This document shows positions 25,842 to 34,579 of a stretch of DNA of 42,390 bases, one piece after another. The notes beneath the pieces were generated by a model. That model ran no database searches. It had not been told where the DNA came from and saw only the letters and a list, made by a program, of their open reading frames with translations. A program made the position numbers and the translations under genes. The stretch comes from an uncultured Nitriliruptoria bacterium (GTDB lineage Bacteria; Actinomycetota; Nitriliruptoria; Nitriliruptorales; Nitriliruptoraceae): assembly GCA_965364735.1 (NCBI GenBank), contig CBDTYW010000001.1:1-42390 (forward strand), in the 5' to 3' direction. How positions within the stretch are numbered: position 1 is the stretch's first letter; each line of letters starts with the position of its first letter.

Positions 25842-26957
25842 ATGATACGTCTCATGAACACACCACTTGCCCCCATGACCATCACGCGTCCCCCCGTCAC
25901 GGGCCGGGTACGCGACGGCATCCGTTCGGTCGCGCAGCGCGCTGTGACCCCGCTGGTGCCGGCCGACTTCCTCGACCTCTTCGCTCCAGTCCGCTCACGC
26001 AGCGACCTGCGGGCCAAGATCGTCGAGGTCCGCCCCGAGACCTGCGACGCCGCGACCATCGTGCTGCGCCCGGGCCCGACCTGGCGTCCGCACGTTCCCG
26101 GCCAGTACCTGCGCATCGGCGTGGACATCGAGGGCGTCCGCCAGTGGCGCGCCTACTCGCTGACCTCAGCACCGCAGCGCGCCGACGGCACGATCTCCAT
26201 CACCGTCAAGGCCATCCCCGGCGGGCTCGTCAGCAACCACCTCGTCCGCCGCGCCAAGTCCGGCGACATCGTGCAGCTCGAGCAGGCGGCAGGGGAGTTC
26301 GCGCTCCCCGCCTCCGCCCCGGAGAAGACGCTCTTCATCATCGCCGGCAGCGGCGTCACCCCCGCCATGGGGATGCTCCGCAGCCGGCTCGACGACCTCT
26401 CCGATGTCGTCGTCGTCCACTGCGCGATGAGCAGCGACGACGCCATCTTCCGTGACGAGCTCCGCGGTCTCGCCGACCGCGGCCGCATTGAGCTCATCGA
26501 GATCTTCGCCGACCGCGACGGACTCCTCGACGCGACGACCATCGACACGATCGTCGCCGACGTCAGCGACCGCGAGGTCTGGGCCTGCGGGCCCGGCGGA
26601 CTGCTCTCCGCGATCGAGGACCACTGGACCGCTGCCGGGATGGCTGAGCGCCTGCACGTCGAGCGCTTCGTCGCGGCGATGGTCGAGGCCGGCGACGGCG
26701 GCACCGTCACCTTCGCTGAGAGCGACCAGGTCGTCGAGGTTGCCGGCGACGTGTCGCTCCTCGACGCCGGCGAAGCAGCCGGAGTCCTCATGCCGTCGGG
26801 ATGCCGCATGGGCATCTGCTTCGGCTGTGTCGTCCCGCTGCGCACCGGCGCCGTCCGCGACATGCGCACCGGCGAGATCACCACGGCAGGCGACGACGTC
26901 GTCTCCGTCCAGACCTGCATCACGACCGCGGCCTCGGCCTGCGCGATCGACCTCTGA
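25842..26957 (+). CDS. Ferredoxin-NADP reductase-type oxidoreductase with C-terminal 2Fe-2S domain (Rv3230c-like desaturase reductase)
   Basis: RAYSLTS is the FAD site, FIIAGSGVTPAMG the NAD(P) site, and CRMGICFGCV...C the plant-type ferredoxin cluster. The start is ATG 25842 or 25854. Confidence 0.85.
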   Translation: MIRLMNTPLAPMTITRPPVTGRVRDGIRSVAQRAVTPLVPADFLDLFAPVRSRSDLRAKIVEVRPETCDAATIVLRPGPTWRPHVPGQYLRIGVDIEGVRQWRAYSLTSAPQRADGTISITVKAIPGGLVSNHLVRRAKSGDIVQLEQAAGEFALPASAPEKTLFIIAGSGVTPAMGMLRSRLDDLSDVVVVHCAMSSDDAIFRDELRGLADRGRIELIEIFADRDGLLDATTIDTIVADVSDREVWACGPGGLLSAIEDHWTAAGMAERLHVERFVAAMVEAGDGGTVTFAESDQVVEVAGDVSLLDAGEAAGVLMPSGCRMGICFGCVVPLRTGAVRDMRTGEITTAGDDVVSVQTCITTAASACAIDL

Positions 26958-27003
26958 ACACCACCCCAGCATCACCACCCAGACTTCCTACAGGAACCCC
27001 CTC

Positions 27004-28176
27004 ATGACCACCATCCAGCTCAAGGCCAACGACCAGACCGCCCACCTCACGCGTGAGGACATCGAGCAGATCGGCATCGAGCTCGACGCCATCCGCAGCT
27101 CCGTCATGGAGAGCCGCGGAGCCGACGACGCCGCCTACATCCGCAAGGTCATCGCCACCCAGCGCAGCCTCGAGCTCGCAAGCCGCGGCGTGCTGCTCTT
27201 CTCGCTCTTCCCGCCGGCGTTCTTCCTCGGCACCGCGGGGCTGAGCGTCGCGAAGATCCTCGAGAACATGGAGATCGGCCACAACATCCTCCACGGCCAG
27301 TGGGACTGGATGCGCGACCCGAAGATCCACTCCACGACCTGGGAGTGGGACAACGTCACCCCGGCCGACATGTGGAAGCACTCCCACAACGAGCTGCACC
27401 ACACCTACACGAACGTGCTCGGCAAGGACAACGACCTCGGCTACGGGATCATGCGCGTCGACGAGGGCCAGAAGTGGATGCCGTTCTACCTCGCACAGCC
27501 GGTCTGGAACCTGATCAACGCCTGCCTGTTCCAGTACGGGATCGCCGCCTACGACCTCGAGATCGGCAAGTACCTCGCCGGTCGCAAGGACAAGGACGAG
27601 TTCCGCGCCCAGCGCAGCAAGGTGCTGCGCAAGATCCGCAAGCACGCGGTCCGCGACTACGTCATCCACCCGCTGCTCTCAGGCCCGTCCGCGCTGACGA
27701 CGATCGCCGCGAACGCCACCGCGAACCTCGCCCGCAACCTCTGGACCCACAGCATCATCATGTGTGGCCACTTCCCCGAGGGCGTCGAGACGTTCGAGAA
27801 GGCGTCCATCGAAGGTGAGACCCGCGGCGACTGGTACCTGCGTCAGATGCTCGGTGCCGCCAACATCAACGGCTCCAAGGCGATGCACATCGCGAGCGGC
27901 AACCTGTCGTTCCAGATCGAGCACCACCTGTTCCCCGACATGCCGAGCAACCGGTACCAGGAGATTGCCCCGCAGGTCCGCGACCTCTTCGAGCGCAACG
28001 GCCTGACCTACGTCTCGGGTTCGTTCCCGAAGCAGCTCGCGTCCGCCTGGGCGAAGGTCGTCCGCCTGTCGCTGCCGAACGGGATGCTCGACAAGCTGTC
28101 GCGCCGCAAGCGCGCCGCCATCGCCGAGCTCCCGGTCGTCGCGTCCGAGGTCGTCGAGACCGTCCGAGCTGCCTGA
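27004..28176 (+). CDS. Membrane fatty-acid (acyl-CoA) desaturase, DesA3-like
   Basis: It has three His boxes: HNILHG, HSHNELHH and QIEHHLFP. I chose ATG 27004. The upstream ORF-track extension overlaps the reductase gene in another frame. Confidence 0.9.
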   Translation: MTTIQLKANDQTAHLTREDIEQIGIELDAIRSSVMESRGADDAAYIRKVIATQRSLELASRGVLLFSLFPPAFFLGTAGLSVAKILENMEIGHNILHGQWDWMRDPKIHSTTWEWDNVTPADMWKHSHNELHHTYTNVLGKDNDLGYGIMRVDEGQKWMPFYLAQPVWNLINACLFQYGIAAYDLEIGKYLAGRKDKDEFRAQRSKVLRKIRKHAVRDYVIHPLLSGPSALTTIAANATANLARNLWTHSIIMCGHFPEGVETFEKASIEGETRGDWYLRQMLGAANINGSKAMHIASGNLSFQIEHHLFPDMPSNRYQEIAPQVRDLFERNGLTYVSGSFPKQLASAWAKVVRLSLPNGMLDKLSRRKRAAIAELPVVASEVVETVRAA

Positions 28177-28196
28177 GGGATCGAGCAAGCGCGTCG

Positions 28197-28260
28197 GCGT
28201 CGCCCGGGCTGGCGACGCACCCGAACACCGCACGACGGCCGCTCCTCAGGGGGCGGCCGT
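28197..28260 (+). terminator. Two consecutive GC-rich hairpins downstream of the desaturase gene
   Basis: The first is GCGTCGCC-CGGGCT-GGCGACGC (28197-28218). The second is ACGGCCGCTCC-TCAG-GGGGCGGCCGT (28235-28260), 11 bp including one G-U pair. Confidence 0.55.
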
Positions 28261-28419
28261 TGCCCTGTGCGCTGGGCGAGCACGGTGTGGGTCCGCGAAC
28301 CGCGCCACGGCGTCGGGCGGGACGATCGGCGCCGCCACCGGGTCCATCGGTCCTGTCGTGATCGTCTTCAGTGCGCAATCATGTCTCGTTGATGTCCGAC
28401 CCAGCTCCCCGAAAGCGAC

Positions 28420-28971
28420 GTGTTGCCCCTCGCGGTCGTCTCCCGCTTCCTCGCCCTGCTCAGCGTCTTCGCGCTCGTGGGTGGAGGTGCGCTGTGGATC
28501 GGCTGGCTGCGCGGTGCTCGTTGGATCGAGCCGGTGCGCGACGTTGCGACGACGGCAGCGCTGGCGGTCAGCGCAACGGCGGTCGCGGGGTCGCTGTACT
28601 ACTCCGAGATCGTGGGCTTCACGCCGTGCCGGTTGTGCTGGTTCCAGCGGATCGGGATCTACCCGATGGTCGTCATCCTCGCGATCGCTCGGATCCGACG
28701 ACGGGACGACGCGAGGGATTATGTGTGGGCGCTTTCGGCGTTGGTTGCTCCGACGAGCATCTACCACTGGGCCCTGCAGACCTGGCCGAACCTTGGTGGT
28801 GGCACGAGCTGCGATCCGAGCGCCCCCTGCTCTGTTCGCTGGGTCAACGAGCTCGGCTTCGTCTCCATCCCGTTCATGGCGCTGAGCACCGTCATCGCCG
28901 TCTCCTCGCTGGTGGCTGTCGCCCAGCGTTCGCCGACGACCATCCCCTCGATCAAGGCTGACACCCCATGA
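28420..28971 (+). CDS. Disulfide bond formation protein, DsbB family (BdbC-like)
   Basis: GSLYYSEIVGFTPCRLCWFQRIGIYP carries the CxxC motif, and a second Cys pair lies in SCDPSAPCS. The protein has four hydrophobic segments and starts at a GTG. Confidence 0.85.
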   Translation: MLPLAVVSRFLALLSVFALVGGGALWIGWLRGARWIEPVRDVATTAALAVSATAVAGSLYYSEIVGFTPCRLCWFQRIGIYPMVVILAIARIRRRDDARDYVWALSALVAPTSIYHWALQTWPNLGGGTSCDPSAPCSVRWVNELGFVSIPFMALSTVIAVSSLVAVAQRSPTTIPSIKADTP

Positions 28972-29600
28972 CCAACGTGAAGTCATCTCCCCGTGCCAAC
29001 CCCGGCCTCATCGGCGCCGTCGTCGCGATCGTCCTGACGGCGCTGATCATCGCGTTCATGACCGCCGGCGGCGAAACGGCCCCGGTCGTCTCGCCGTACG
29101 GGACAGACATCGCCATCGCGGGGTCCAGCCTGCCGCCGCTCGCGAGCGGGCCGGACGAAGCGGTCGGGAAGTCCGCACCGATCGTGGTCACCACCACGGC
29201 CGACGGCACCAGCGTTGAGCTCGGCGACGGTGGCCGTCCACAGATCCTCGCGTTCCTCGCCCACTGGTGCTCGCACTGCCAGGCGGAGGTTCCGGTGGTC
29301 GTGCCATGGCTCGAAGCCGGCGGTCTCTCCGCTGACGTCGACATGTACGCGGTCGCGACCGCGACGGACTCGGGCCAGCCGAACTTCCCCCCGCAGACGT
29401 GGCTCGACCGTGAGGGATGGCCCGAGCCGGTCGTTCTCGACAGCGAGACCAGCGAGATCGCCGGGGCGTACGGCGTGAGCTCGTTCCCGTTCTGGGTCGT
29501 GCTGGACAGCGACGGTCTGGTCGTGGCGCGGGTCACCGGCGAGCTGCCAGTCGAGCAACTCGACCTGCTCGTGGCCCTGGCCACCGGCACCGGCGGCTAG
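28968..29600 (+). CDS. TlpA/ResA-like membrane-anchored thiol-disulfide oxidoreductase
   Basis: It has an N-terminal TM anchor and a thioredoxin-type WCSHC motif. It overlaps the DsbB gene by 4 nt. Confidence 0.85.
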   Translation: MTNVKSSPRANPGLIGAVVAIVLTALIIAFMTAGGETAPVVSPYGTDIAIAGSSLPPLASGPDEAVGKSAPIVVTTTADGTSVELGDGGRPQILAFLAHWCSHCQAEVPVVVPWLEAGGLSADVDMYAVATATDSGQPNFPPQTWLDREGWPEPVVLDSETSEIAGAYGVSSFPFWVVLDSDGLVVARVTGELPVEQLDLLVALATGTGG

Positions 29601-30829
29601 ACGTCACCCTGGGGCATGCGGGACGTTCCGGCGCCGAGCAGCCAGGCGAGGCTGCCGGCGACGAGGATCCAGCCGAGCTGGCTGATCCGACCGCCCACCG
29701 TGTCTCCGATCACCGTTGCCACGACGATGCTCGCGACGCCGATGTTGAACGCGATCGTCCGAGAGCTCGCTCCCCGTGCGAGCCGGGACAGCAGCGCGGC
29801 GCGCTCCGCTGAGGTGCCAGATCGCAGCATCGGCGCGAGGTAGGTGAGCACCGCTGCGATCGTCTGCCCGAGCACGCCGAGGAGCATCGCGAGCCCCAAC
29901 GCGTCGAGCCAGCGCCAGGTGGCCGTCGCGATGACCGCGACGTCCGCCCAGGCGACGATCGGGAACCAGGTGCTTGCCGCGATGATCGGCCAGCGCGTGG
30001 CTGACGACTTCGCGCCTCGCGCGGCGGTGGCAACGGGCAGACACACCACCGTGACGGCCCGGGCATAGACGGCCATCGCCGCTGCTGAGGCGATCCGGAG
30101 CACGGTCGCAGCGGGTGCGCCGACGCCGGTCGACAGGAGGAGCAGGGTCGCGATGGTCAGGCCGGACGCTCCCTTCCGGAGCGCCGGCGCTGCGCGCTCA
30201 TCCGCACCGTCGACGATCCTGGTCCTGACGATGGTCGGGCCGAAGAACACGAGCGTGGCGAGCAGCGTCAGGCCCGCCCAGCCAAGGATGTTGATGTGCA
30301 GGTGGGCTGTCCTGGCCGCGAGGTACCAAGAGCCCCGCATCACCCCGACGCCCATCAGCAAGCCGAGGATCGCCCCGTGCACGAACGCCCCGTGGGCGCG
30401 CTCGTAGACCCTGACGATCCAGCTGAACCGCGCCCCGAGGGACTGCTTGCGCATCCGGTGGAGCCGGACGTAGGAGGCCAGGACCACGGCCGTCACCAGC
30501 GTGGCACCGAGCGCGGTGGCGATCCGTTCGCCCGACTGGACGCCGAACAGCGTCACCAGGATCCCGGCGTTGGCGGTGGGCGCCTGCCAGCGGATGGACG
30601 CGGCGGGCGTGTGGGTCAGCGTGCGTCCGAAGTGCTCGGAGAACGCGAGCACGAGGTTGGTCACCACGCCCAGCGTGAAGAAGTGGACGGCGAGCCAGCG
30701 CCCACCTGGCAGCGCGGTGTCTGCCGCGATCCAGACGAGCGCTGCGAGCGCGAACGCCATCGCCGAGAGGATCGCTGGCACCGCAGGCCCGAACGGCGAA
30801 TGGCGGCTGTTCGGGCGAGGCTTCGTCAT
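29597..30829 (-). CDS. Hypothetical polytopic membrane protein (about 10-12 hydrophobic segments, conserved-looking His motifs)
   Basis: I chose ATG 30829 (MTKPRPNSRH...) over the ORF-track start at 30928. It contains the motifs AVHFFTLGVV, FSEHF and TAHLHINILGW. I cannot place it in a family. Confidence 0.6.
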   Translation of the reverse strand: MTKPRPNSRHSPFGPAVPAILSAMAFALAALVWIAADTALPGGRWLAVHFFTLGVVTNLVLAFSEHFGRTLTHTPAASIRWQAPTANAGILVTLFGVQSGERIATALGATLVTAVVLASYVRLHRMRKQSLGARFSWIVRVYERAHGAFVHGAILGLLMGVGVMRGSWYLAARTAHLHINILGWAGLTLLATLVFFGPTIVRTRIVDGADERAAPALRKGASGLTIATLLLLSTGVGAPAATVLRIASAAAMAVYARAVTVVCLPVATAARGAKSSATRWPIIAASTWFPIVAWADVAVIATATWRWLDALGLAMLLGVLGQTIAAVLTYLAPMLRSGTSAERAALLSRLARGASSRTIAFNIGVASIVVATVIGDTVGGRISQLGWILVAGSLAWLLGAGTSRMPQGDV

Positions 30830-30983
30830 CACTGACCTCGGGGCCGGGGGGCGCGGGAGCCACAGCATGCAGTGCGACGTCCGCGGCGTCGGGGTCCGGG
30901 GGCCCCTCGATGGCGGGCCCTTCGGCACTGCTCTTCGCCGCGGGCTGGCGCCATGTTGTCCTCAATCACCGGAAGGCTGAGCC

Positions 30984-33527
30984 GTGCACACGGCCGACGC
31001 ACGGGCGCTGCCCCGTGGCCTGACCGCGACGGACGCCGCCGCCCGGCTCGTGGAACGCGGTCCGAACGAGCTGCCTCGCCCAGATCGGCCGACCCTCGCG
31101 AAGCGGTTCGTCCGCGAGCTCAGGGAGCCGATGGCGCTGCTCCTGGTGGCGGCGGCGTCGATCTCCGGTGTTCTACTCGGCGAGGCGATCGACGCGATCG
31201 CGATCCTCACCATCGTCGTCGTGAACGCGGTCATCGCCCTGGTGCAGGAGGGCCGTGCCGAGCGAGTCCTCGAAGCGCTCGAGGATCTGGAGGCGCCCCA
31301 CGCCCGGGTTGTTCGCGACGGGCGCCGGTCAGTCGTCGACGCGCGCGATCTCGTGGTCGGCGACGTCGTGGTGATCCAGGCTGGTGATCGCGTGCCCGCG
31401 GACCTGACCGTGTTGCTCAGCGACGCGATGGAGATCGACGAGTCGATCCTGACCGGTGAGTCGCTGGCCGTGGCGAAGCAGGCGGACGGAGCTGACGGCT
31501 CGGGGGTGTCGATCGGTGATCGCGATGGTGTCGCGCATGCCGGGACGCTCGTGGCACGCGGTTCGGGCCTCGGCCGCGTCCAGGCCACCGGCCCGGACAC
31601 CTCGCTCGGGGCGATCGCCACGCATCTCCGCGCCATCCGCCGAGAGCCGACGCCGTTGCAGCAGCAGCTCTCGGGGCTGACCCGGCGGCTGGGCATCGCA
31701 GCGGTGTTCGTCGCCGCCGCCGTCTTCGCGCTGACCATGCTCGTGCAGGAGTCGGCGGGTCCCGACGAGGCCTTCCTCACGGCTGTTGCGCTCGCCGTCG
31801 CCGCGGTCCCTGAGGGCCTGGCCGCCGTCACGACCGTCGCGCTGGCGCTCGGCGTCGGACGCATGGCGACCCGCGGCGCGATCGTGCGGCGTCTCGCAGC
31901 CGTCGAGACGCTTGGTGCCACCGATGTCCTGGTGATCGACAAGACCGGGACCATCACCGAGAACCGCATGCAGGTCGCGGCCATCCTCACGCCCGACGGG
32001 GCCACGGTGCAGCCAGGGGAGGGCAGCGCGTCGCTGCGCTCTGCGCTTCGTCGCATCGTGGTGCTGTGCAGCGATGCCACGTTGGACCCACCGACCGGCG
32101 ACCCGACCGAGCGGGCGCTGCTCGTTGTCGCGGACACGAGCGAGATCGAGGCCGACCGAGCAGCCGCGCCGCGCCTCGCGTCCGCGCCGTTCACCTCCGA
32201 GCGCAAGCGCATGGGCACGATCCATCAGCTCGACGAGCGCCTGACGTTGCTGGTCAAGGGGGCGCCGGAGGTCGTGATCCCGCGCTCGGCCACGTGGTTG
32301 CGGGATGGCGAGTCCACCGCCCTGCACGACGAGGATCGCGCGCGGCTGGAATCGGCGACGCAGGAATGCGCTGCCAGGGGTGAGCGTGTCCTTGCGCTCG
32401 CGCAACGGGAGCTGACATCGCTGCCGGCTGATCCCGAGGACGCGGAGCACGATCTCGTCCTCGTGGCGCTCGTGGCGCTGCGCGACCCGCCGAGATCGTC
32501 GGCAGCCAGCTCCGTCGCGGGCGTCCGCGCGGCAGGGATGTCGCTGATCATGGCCACCGGGGATCACCCGGCGACGGCGAGGGCGATCGCGGCGGAGGTC
32601 GGGTTCGACGACGCACGCGTCATGACGGGACGGCAGGTCCGCACGGAGGGACTGCCGGCGGATCCCACGTCGGTGGACATCTACGCACGCGTCGATCCGG
32701 ATCAGAAGCTCGAGCTCGTCACGCGGTTGCAGGGGCTCGGCCACACCGTCGCGATGACGGGAGACGGCGTCAACGACGCGCCGGCCCTGCGGCGCGCGGA
32801 CATCGGGGTCGCGCTCGGAGAGACCGCGAGCGACGTGGCGCGCGAGGCCGCGGACCTCGTGATCACCGACGACGATCTCGCCACGATCATCGCCGCGGTC
32901 CGAGAAGGACGGGCGATCTGGGACAACCTCCGCAAGGTCATCGACTACCTCGTCACCAGCAACCTCGCGGAGGTCATGGTGGTCGTGGCGACGATCCTGC
33001 TCGTCCCAGCCCTCGGGGTCCCGTTGTTCCCGCTGCAGCTGCTGTGGATCAACCTGCTCACTGACGGGCTGCCCGCGCTCGCGCTCGGCGTCGATCCCGT
33101 CTCGACCGACGTCATGGCGCAGCAGCCTCGGCGACGGGACAGCCAGCTGCTGGACATGCCGCATCTCCGACGGCTCGCATCGCAGTCCGTCGTGCTTGCG
33201 GTGGGGGCTCTTGCCGCCCTGCTGGCTGCGCACCATGTCCTCGAGCTCGAAGCAGACGCGGCGCGGACCGTGTTGTTCACGACGCTGGTCCTCGCGCAGG
33301 TGATCTTCGCGTTCGTCGTCCGAGGCCGCGGTCAGCGCCCCGCGGAGCCGAACCGCTGGCTCCGTCGGTCGGCCCTGGCGGCGCTGCTCCTGCAGGCGCT
33401 GATCATCGTGTTTCCTCCGGCGCAGACCGTGTTCCGTACGGTGGTGCCGCCGCTGGGAGGATGGATCCTGATCTTGGTCGGCGGAGTGCTGGCACCGGGA
33501 CTGCTGGCCGCGCGCAGAAGGGCATGA
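30984..33527 (+). CDS. P-type cation-transporting ATPase, P2 (Ca2+-ATPase-like)
   Basis: DKTGTITENRM is the phosphorylation site. It also has AVPEGLAAV, TGDHPATA and MTGDGVNDAPALRRADIGVA. The GTG start has GGAAGG 7 nt upstream. Confidence 0.9.
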   Translation: MHTADARALPRGLTATDAAARLVERGPNELPRPDRPTLAKRFVRELREPMALLLVAAASISGVLLGEAIDAIAILTIVVVNAVIALVQEGRAERVLEALEDLEAPHARVVRDGRRSVVDARDLVVGDVVVIQAGDRVPADLTVLLSDAMEIDESILTGESLAVAKQADGADGSGVSIGDRDGVAHAGTLVARGSGLGRVQATGPDTSLGAIATHLRAIRREPTPLQQQLSGLTRRLGIAAVFVAAAVFALTMLVQESAGPDEAFLTAVALAVAAVPEGLAAVTTVALALGVGRMATRGAIVRRLAAVETLGATDVLVIDKTGTITENRMQVAAILTPDGATVQPGEGSASLRSALRRIVVLCSDATLDPPTGDPTERALLVVADTSEIEADRAAAPRLASAPFTSERKRMGTIHQLDERLTLLVKGAPEVVIPRSATWLRDGESTALHDEDRARLESATQECAARGERVLALAQRELTSLPADPEDAEHDLVLVALVALRDPPRSSAASSVAGVRAAGMSLIMATGDHPATARAIAAEVGFDDARVMTGRQVRTEGLPADPTSVDIYARVDPDQKLELVTRLQGLGHTVAMTGDGVNDAPALRRADIGVALGETASDVAREAADLVITDDDLATIIAAVREGRAIWDNLRKVIDYLVTSNLAEVMVVVATILLVPALGVPLFPLQLLWINLLTDGLPALALGVDPVSTDVMAQQPRRRDSQLLDMPHLRRLASQSVVLAVGALAALLAAHHVLELEADAARTVLFTTLVLAQVIFAFVVRGRGQRPAEPNRWLRRSALAALLLQALIIVFPPAQTVFRTVVPPLGGWILILVGGVLAPGLLAARRRA

Positions 33528-33528
33528 C

Positions 33529-34458
33529 ATGATCGTGCTCTGGCTCACGTTGATCGTCGTCGGTCTCGGCGTCGCCGTCCCCGCAAGCGCTCGGGGAGTG
33601 GACGATGCGGTGAAGGCCGCGATCGGCCTCGGCCTGCCGCCCTTCGCCGTCGGGTTCACGTTGGTCGCGGTGGGGACGGATCTTCCCGAGATCGCCAACT
33701 CGATCATGGCGTCGGTCTCAGGACACGGAGACGTCAACGCCGGGGACTCGATCGGGTCCGCGGTGGCGCAGGCGACGATCGTGATCGGGCTCGCACCGTT
33801 CCTGGCTCGTCGTGGGGGCACGGTGACGCGGCGCGAGGTCGCGGTGCTCGGATCGCTCGCGGTCGCAGTCCTCCTCGTCGGCGCCGCGGTGGTTGCCGAC
33901 GGTGACCTCAGCCGCGCAGACGGCTCCGTCCTGGTGATGTCATGGGTGGTGGCCGTGAGCATCGCCTGGCGTTGGACGAAGCAGGCCGAACAGCCTGAGC
34001 TGCCCCTGCGCGAGCACGGCGCGTGGAAGCACGCGTTGCGTGCAGCAGGTTGGCTGACGATCGTGCTGGGCTCGGCGAGCCTCGCCGTCCTCGGCCTCAC
34101 ACGCACGACGGAGATCCTCGGGATGCCCGAGTACGTCGTGAGCTTCTTCGGGCTGGCCGTCGGGACGTCGCTGCCGGAGCTGACGGTGGTGGTCAGCGCC
34201 CTGCGCCGCGGACACGCCGACCTCGCGCTCGGCGATGCCCTCGGGGCCGTGTTGGCGGACGGCTCCCTGTCGATGGGCATCGGGCCGTTGATCGCACCGA
34301 CGGCGGTCACGGCCGACCTTGCGATCCGCGGTGGCCTCGTGGCAGCCGGCGCCGTCGCGGGGGTCACCGGCATCCTGATCTTCACGGGTCGTCTCAACCG
34401 GATCAGCGGCGGGCTCCTGATCCTGATGTACCTGCTGACGATCCCGATGCTCCTGTGA
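33529..34458 (+). CDS. Ca2+/cation antiporter (CaCA family, YrbG-like)
   Basis: It has two alpha-repeat motifs, GTDLPEIANS and GTSLPELTVV. It starts 1 nt after the ATPase stop. Confidence 0.85.
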   Translation: MIVLWLTLIVVGLGVAVPASARGVDDAVKAAIGLGLPPFAVGFTLVAVGTDLPEIANSIMASVSGHGDVNAGDSIGSAVAQATIVIGLAPFLARRGGTVTRREVAVLGSLAVAVLLVGAAVVADGDLSRADGSVLVMSWVVAVSIAWRWTKQAEQPELPLREHGAWKHALRAAGWLTIVLGSASLAVLGLTRTTEILGMPEYVVSFFGLAVGTSLPELTVVVSALRRGHADLALGDALGAVLADGSLSMGIGPLIAPTAVTADLAIRGGLVAAGAVAGVTGILIFTGRLNRISGGLLILMYLLTIPMLL

Positions 34459-34579
34459 TGCACTCGCGGGTCCCGTCCGGACCGGGTCCATCGGCACTGC
34501 CCGGAAGGCGGGGCTCCCCCGATCGTGGTGTACTGCGGCGAAGCGCCGCTCGAAAGCCTTCGAGGCTGTGGAGATCACG

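Noticed and set aside
26452-27003. N-terminal 184-aa extension of the desaturase ORF
   Set aside because: It overlaps the reductase gene in another frame and is Ser/Arg/Pro-rich. The desaturase homology begins at ATG 27004.
31329-34463. 1044-aa minus-strand ORF
   Set aside because: It is an antisense shadow of the P-type ATPase and CaCA genes, has no recognisable motifs, and has extreme Arg/Pro/Gly/Asp composition.
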